A stretch of 64,000 nt of DNA from Lama guanicoe (lineage: Eukaryota): the NCBI GenBank assembly GCA_013239625.1, contig MU053216.1, positions 1,826,943 through 1,890,942 of the forward strand, read 5' to 3'. The notes below the pieces were generated by a model that saw only the letters and a program-made list of their open reading frames with translations, was not told where the DNA came from and did not search any database. Within the stretch, counting starts at the first letter, position 1, and every line of letters starts with the position of its first letter. Both the position numbers and the translations under genes were made by a program. Below are positions 52,312-64,000 of this stretch, piece after piece.

Positions 52312-55300
52312 AGAAAACCAATGACGGGAAATACATTTCCTTCCCCAAAAGTCTGCCCTTACCCACACTGTCTAGCTAGAAGAGACGCAGTTTTATTTAT
52401 GGTTTACGATGTCATCACATTGCAAGAGCTGGGGCGAACGCTTCAGCAAAGTAGAAGGTTGTAGCTGAGGACAGAATACGCTGAGCTGCCCCCTCCCCGC
52501 CAGGGACCTCCCTCCCTGGAACCTCCCAGACACCTGCGGTCCTCTCTATTTCAGCGTTTTTAATGCCAATGACCACCAAAGGGACGGCAGATGACCATCA
52601 AGGTACGTTTGTTAATCTTCCCCTTTGGATGTCACAGAGCTCAGAAAGACACCGAGTAGACACACAAGTAATGAAGCAGGTGACAGCGCAGCTCTCCCAT
52701 TGTGACACGTGTGGTCCAGAGAAAAGGACGAGGCTGAGAGGCAACCCCAAACCAGAAGGAGGATTCCTAGAGGCAGAGGCTCCGAGGCTGCAGGGCAAAT
52801 GCTCCCCACAAGCTCACTGAGGCCCTGAAGCCAGAGTTCACACAGACGTCCAAGCCACACAGCTTGTAAGCAGAAACCAAGGGAGGCAAACCGCTTTATA
52901 ACTGTCCACCGCGCTCGATGGGAACTGCAAGCGCGTGGGGAGCAGCTCCCTGCTTTCACTCGAGAGGCTGGCTTCCTTTTTGGTCCATATTCCTCAGATG
53001 ACTGTCCCCATTCTCGACATCACTCTACGTAGACGGTGTTTGAGGATGTGGGGAGCATCTGAAAATAAGGATTGATGAGTTCACATGTCCCTGAAGAGGA
53101 CAATGTGCTGCAGCAGAGAAAACACGGACTGGAATTTGGGGGTGTTAGATCCAGATCTGGCTCTGAGCTGAAAGCGACGGGGTCAATCACCTCCTTTCAC
53201 AAATCACAAACCACTCTGGTAGACGCTTTGCTTTGAATTTAAAACCAAATCAGCCTATGTATGCATCTATTTTATCAGCAACATTTCCTAAGTCCCTACT
53301 GGGTACCAAGCTGTGCGTCAGAAACCTCGGATGCAGGGGAAGATACAGGACAATTTCTGACCCCAACTGAGACCAAGACTAGAGCAGTGAACCCTACGGC
53401 ACAGAAGCATCTGAAGAGCAGGACAGAAACTCCTGCCCATATCTGTGGGCTTGGCCTAAACTTACCCCAGGCATTGTTAATGCTAGCGCTACGTTGTTAG
53501 GATTAGGCATTATAAGTACTAGCTGCTTTTTAGGCTGGGGAAAGACAATCCTTTCAACTCAGCTGAATATGAAAAGTGCTTTCAGAAGTACCAGCTGGAC
53601 CACAGAAGAGAGAGACTTGCACGTCAAGGGCGTCCATCAGAGGAAACAGGATGCAAGGTCCCTCTGCTTTCTGCTGCCACTGGGGACACGACAAGAGCCC
53701 GGCAGCGTCCAGCCTGGAGCCTCGATCCCAAAAAAATCCCCAGCCACGGTAACCTCTCAGCTGGCCCTTCCTGGTTCCTTGTGCGCTGAGCACTAACGCC
53801 GCGGTCATGTTCCTGAATGGGCGTGAGCACAGAATGACACTGCTCAGGAAGCAGCAGCAGACCAGTGGTTGCCTCCCAGTTCTGCATGTGTTCTCAGGAG
53901 ACAGCGTTTATGGGAATTCTACTGGCCTTTGCTTTGGAATGCGGGCGACAATGAAATTACTTGGGGACCACGACCCCATACACCGCTTCCTCTGTGGGCT
54001 TCACTTCTGCCCCGGCTGGTGACAGGCGGCAAATCGCATCAGTCGCTCTGGGTCCGTTTTAACAGGTGGGAGTACAACCAACGCATAACCCAAAAGTTGC
54101 ATTTGGGCCCCTCTTGGGTCATCCATTTTGCCAACTTGGAATGATCTCCATGGATGCAAATTACAGGGGAAAAAAAGAAGAAGAAAGAGGGAATTGAATG
54201 GGATTTTAAGGAAACATTACAGCCAGCAGAGGCTGGGCCTCCGGAGTGTGACCTCACACACAGAGAAGGACCCTGAGAATTGGGGCGTTTTTACGTTTGT
54301 TCCCTTTGTTTCGACCAGCTTGGCCAGCTGATGTCTGCTCATGGATACAATGTGAAGAGGAAAAGAAGCAGGCAGCAGACTGCAAACATTTTGGCCAACT
54401 GCACTTTTTGGGGTTTTTAAAAAATTTTTTAATTTTTCTTTAATGAAGGAATGAATTGATTCATTGATTAGTGAATCAGCTAATTTTTCAGCTGTGCCGT
54501 CGACTTTAGCCCCGTCATTAGCTTTTGTGAAATGAGGGCTCAGGAGCCGCTACAGGGAAGGACGGCTTGAAAGAAGAGGGTTGTTGGCATTGGATTCAAC
54601 CAACCAGCTGCTCCTGGAGGATTTTCTACCTGGGTTCAAGGACCCAGAACCCCGAGGCTCATCTCCCCGTGACCCTGGCCCATCCCGTGGTCTGCACCCT
54701 GTCCATCTCGCTCCTGTCCCCACGACGGGGTCCAGTCCACTTTCTTTCTAGTGGAGGCAGCGCTGGGGATGGGACCCAGGACCTCCGTCCGCCACTTGGG
54801 TCAGGCAGCTCACCCCTTTTACCTCCCGGATTCTGCAGAATGAGGGCCGCACACCGACTGCGGCCGGCCGCCCTGCCCCGGCGCCTGCGCAGTCAGCGCT
54901 CAGGAGGCCCCTGCCGAGGTCTGCACGGCCTCCTTCCAGGCCCAGGCTCTCCGGCTTCCCGCACCCGCGGCCCCCTAACCCTGGGCCCGAGACTGACCTC
55001 CGAGCCCTTCCGGCTCCTCCTGCGCCGCCCGGGCCTGCTCCTTGCTGCTCGGGCACCAGCCGCGCCGCGGGGCCTCGCCCCCGGTCTCCCCGCGCCCACC
55101 TGGGAAGCGCCGCCTCATCTCCCCCGGGAGAACGCAGCCCCCTCGCAGCACAGACCCTGGCCTCTGATCGGTCCCCAGAAGCCGCATCTTCCTCCAGGAC
55201 CAGAGCGGCTCAAGGCTGGGCCGGGATCAGAACACGCAGGATTGGGGGCCATGGGACTCACGAGAGTCTGGGACGAATTTGCCCCCAGCCCCCAAGATTG

Positions 55301-55389
55301 ATTATTTGTTGTTTCTAGTGGGGAGAAAAGTTTTCGTTCATAAACTGGAAACTACTTGAACTTTATTACCAGTTACCTTATTTCTGCTT

Positions 55390-55513
55390 TTTTTTATGTG
55401 GGGGGAGGGACGTAAGTAGGTTTGTTCTATTCATTTTAGTGGAGGTACTGGGGACTGAACCCAGGACCTGGTGCCTGCTAGGCATGCACCCTACCACTGA
55501 GCTGTATCCTCCC
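55390..55513 (-). mobile_element. Vic-1-like SINE with TSD
   Basis: ggaggtactggggactgaacccaggacc...ccactgagctgtatcctccc; atttctgctt at 55380-55389 and 55514-55523. Confidence 0.9.
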
Positions 55514-57254
55514 ATTTCTGCTTCTTTGAAAAATAAAGTCTTGGCCAAACCTGATTTACCTCTGATTGGAAAGCCAGCCTTTCCTTTCTTCCTTAAACAA
55601 CAAACAGGCATCGTTTTAAGGGACATTCACTGGTGCCCAGGTTCCTGAAACAGTCAACGCCTGCGTGAACCAGACAGTTCTCTGTGGTTGAGGTTCTGGT
55701 AAAGACACGGCCCAACTGTTCAGGAAGATAATCCATGAGGTTCAAAGGCTGAGCGCACTTCGACCCCCCTCCCCCATGCCCCCTCTTCCACAGCATTTGG
55801 CACAGAACATAATAACTCTGGAAAACGACGAAGGAAAGATAAAAGTGATGAAAACTAAACATGGCTCGTGGTTAATCTCTGCATCTTCAAATGTAATGCA
55901 GTGATTCAACTAATTTAAAATACCATTGAAGTGAGATGACTCTCTTTAAATATTTTATCACCAAGATGCTGTAAGATTTCTTACACATATATTACCACAT
56001 TTTTCATGTAATTACTGATCAAATGTACTAGTTGAAAACACTAAGGTCTTGCCATAAACCAGAGCAATTTGCGAGATTACAGCAAGCAGGCCTCTGCTAT
56101 CTTCCTCTTGATTTTTTAAAAATTGCTCTCGGGTTAGAGACGTAGACTTAGTGGAACAGAGCTTTCCAATTTCTTGTGGTTAATACAGAAACCACACAGG
56201 GTCCAGTCCTGGCACTGGAAACCTTTGAACACTACATCTATGAAATTCTGTTGTCTTTTTAAATTTTCGGTAACATTTCTTTTTGCTATATTTATCACAT
56301 TTTCCAAAATATGAAAATGTTCTTTTTCTTTTAAATGTTGACTACATGTGAAAAATTAACTCTGGTTCTATTGCTTCAAACTATTCCTTTATTAGCAACA
56401 GTTGTGTGCTGCTGTCAAGAGGAATTTTAAAACCAAAGTACCAGATTTGGAGCGGGGACACATCTGTTTTGCTTTGCAGTTTGTTTTATTGTTCTATTTC
56501 TTAGGATATGAATTCACAACTATCTTATAACTGAAGGCTAAAGAAAAAACATATGTTGGTAAATCTGATTTCTGCATTTTTTTTCATTCAAGGGAAGTTG
56601 CCTCCCCCAGCCGTCTGCCAATAAGTAATAAATGAACTTGGCAAAAAGTTTATTTAAGTTGGCTTTATTAAGCCAACAAAATACAGAAATCAAGTATGGG
56701 ACAGGCAGAAAAATCTGTTCCTTTGAAGTCAATAAAAATCCATCTCCTTAATCCTTTTTTTATTCCAAGCAGTGGTGATTTTTTCTGAGCTGACTCACTG
56801 GGAACCTTGATTTAGCTAATCTGTCTTGCTTAGTTATCTTTCTTCTCCAAAGCTTTCCAAAGAAGCATCCTTTCCCCCTGACAACCGCCATCTTTTATAC
56901 TCACAGAGCGGTGCATCTGGTTACAAACGCTCTCTAGTCCACCCTGATAGGGAGTTAAGAAACAGGTTTTTAATTACTGTCCATATTTTACAAGAACAAA
57001 ACCAGCAGTAGCTCGCAGCTGAAACAGAAGACACTAGAGAAACGAGCAGCAGCAGGAGGGTGGCCAGTGAGACGTCACGCGTTGTCCCTAAGCAGCGCCA
57101 TGCAGCCTCCATCAGTTTCTCCCAGGGCTGCCCATTTGTTACGTCCATCCGGGAAGAAAACTCCAGACTCCAGTCTAGTAACTCCGTCCCCACACCCCGA
57201 CCGACCCACCACAGGGCGTGCCTCCTGTGGGGCACGCGCACGAAGATATACCAG

Positions 57255-57550
57255 GTTGCAGCAGGGATACATTAGGAGTTTGGGACTAGCAGATACACAC
57301 CCCTCTACGTAAAACAGATAAACAACGAGGTCCTACCGTAGAGCACAGGGAACTGTACTTAACGTCTTGTAATAACTTATAAAGGAAAAGAACCTGGAAA
57401 AGAATATATATACACACACACACACACACCTATATATATATGTATCTGTATAACTGAATCGCTTTGCTGTACACCAGAAACTAACACATCATTGTAAATC
57501 AACTCTACTTCAATAAAAATAAATAAATAAAAGAACTAAAAAGAGAGAAA
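57255..57550 (+). mobile_element. L1 3' end (L1_Art-like) next to an NR5A2 exon
   Basis: gggatacattaggagtttgggactagcagatacac...gctgtacaccagaaactaacac..ttgtaaatcaact.tacttcaataaaa plus A-rich tail. Confidence 0.9.
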
Positions 57551-57599
57551 ATACAGTTCAGTATCATTTAGTCAGCTTTATGAGGAATGGAGTGCTTAC

Positions 57600-57747
57600 C
57601 TAAACTAAACAGCACCAAGAATTTCAGACACACAAACTCTCGTTGATCAAACTGCAGAGAACGAAGCTTGGCCACCAGCTCCTGCGCGTGACTCATGAGG
57701 TTGTTGAGTGTGGCCCCCGCTTGCGAGGCGATGACAGAATAGTCCAC
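57600..57747 (-). CDS. NR5A2: NR5A2 penultimate coding exon (148 bp): [49 protein letters not shown] + G of split Asp codon
   Basis: LRH-1 LBD sequence. Acceptor ctctgtgttgcag|GTG, donor TTAG|gtaagc; phase 0/1 fits the next exon. Confidence 0.97.
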
Positions 57748-63069
<5,322 letters not shown>

Positions 63070-63349
63070 CTAAGTGCGCACAATCAGCGGCCTGCTAGGA
63101 AAGGGGGACCCCGTTAGATGTGTCTGCCCCACAGTGGGCGATCCAGCAGGGTTTGCTTGTGGAAGCTACGGGAGCCTCGGACCATCCTCAGTGGAACCCA
63201 AACAGTCCGGCTTGTGTAGCCGGGATGTGCACTGAGCCAGGGCTGGAAGGGCACACGGGTTACCAGCAGGCTGCCAACTCGCCAGCGTTCATCTAAAAGG
63301 CCAGGTGACTTTTGGAGACAGAGGCTCACTGCCATTGTCTGTCGTCAGT

Positions 63350-63470
63350 GCTGACTTGATGTTCACCTACGCTGGCTTTATGATTTGGACAATTTCCCCA
63401 GCAACGCCCTACATTTTAGTTTCCTAATCTGAAAAATGGGTCAACATTACCTCCCCCACGGGATTGCTGT
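63350..63470 (+). mobile_element. MIR fragment
   Basis: tatgatttggacaattt...agtttcctaatctgaaaaatggg...acctc.....ggattgctgtg. Confidence 0.6.
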
Positions 63471-64000
63471 GCCCGCTGTGTCACAGTGGGGGGCTCTGAT
63501 CTGCCTTTGATCACGCCCCCCCAGGGAACTACATTCTTCAGTGACAGTAACACACCTATTTCAGGTTAGGGCCACCTATCCACGGTCAAGCATCAACCCA
63601 TTTCCATGGCGACCTGCAACTGTTTCTCTTCCTTTTGTAACGTGTACCAGCCAAAGATCCCTGTGCACCCAACTGCAGTGGCCCCGTTTGGACATACACC
63701 ATGTGTTTGTAAAAAATAACACTCTGAGTTAAATCTCAAACGCTGTGCAAAAGCTCTTAAATGTCATATAACAGTTTTAAAGAGTTTTTGCACATTGTTT
63801 TAGATTTAATTCCGAGAACCTGCCTTTGGAGTTAGCAGAACTGGTATCATCTTACGCAGTTTACAGACAAGAGAAGAGGCTCTCAAGACCTACTGACTGC
63901 TGTACTAGAACGGAGTCTTCTTCTCCCTCAAGCCCAGGGTGTCGCCAGATCACACCAAGAAATGCTAGAATTTTCTAAACCAAATTAATCAGCTGACTTG

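Overview
Mammalian genomic DNA, very probably camelid (tRNA-derived SINEs of the camelid Vic-1 type plus cetartiodactyl-type L1 3' ends). The window holds the 3' half of NR5A2 (LRH-1) on the minus strand: three coding exons (62743-62862, 57600-57747, 23761-24008) with canonical GT-AG junctions that splice in frame to 171 aa of the ligand-binding domain, a 33.6-kb last intron, a ~3-kb 3'UTR with a likely poly(A) signal at 20808-20813, and ~20 kb of repeat-rich downstream DNA. I see no prokaryotic-type system, CRISPR array or confident second gene. The most unusual signal is a mosaic of short patches where old repeats and the last NR5A2 exon look strongly shifted from A/T to G/C, as expected from GC-biased gene conversion; one case can be shown by aligning two L1 copies inside the window. 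Other leads are an orphan CpG island just past the 3' end, a possible distal poly(A) site, and a speculative exon with a 204-aa ORF terminated by an L1 fragment. Repeat family names and human residue numbers come from my recall of consensus and reference sequences, not from searches; repeat boundaries are approximate.
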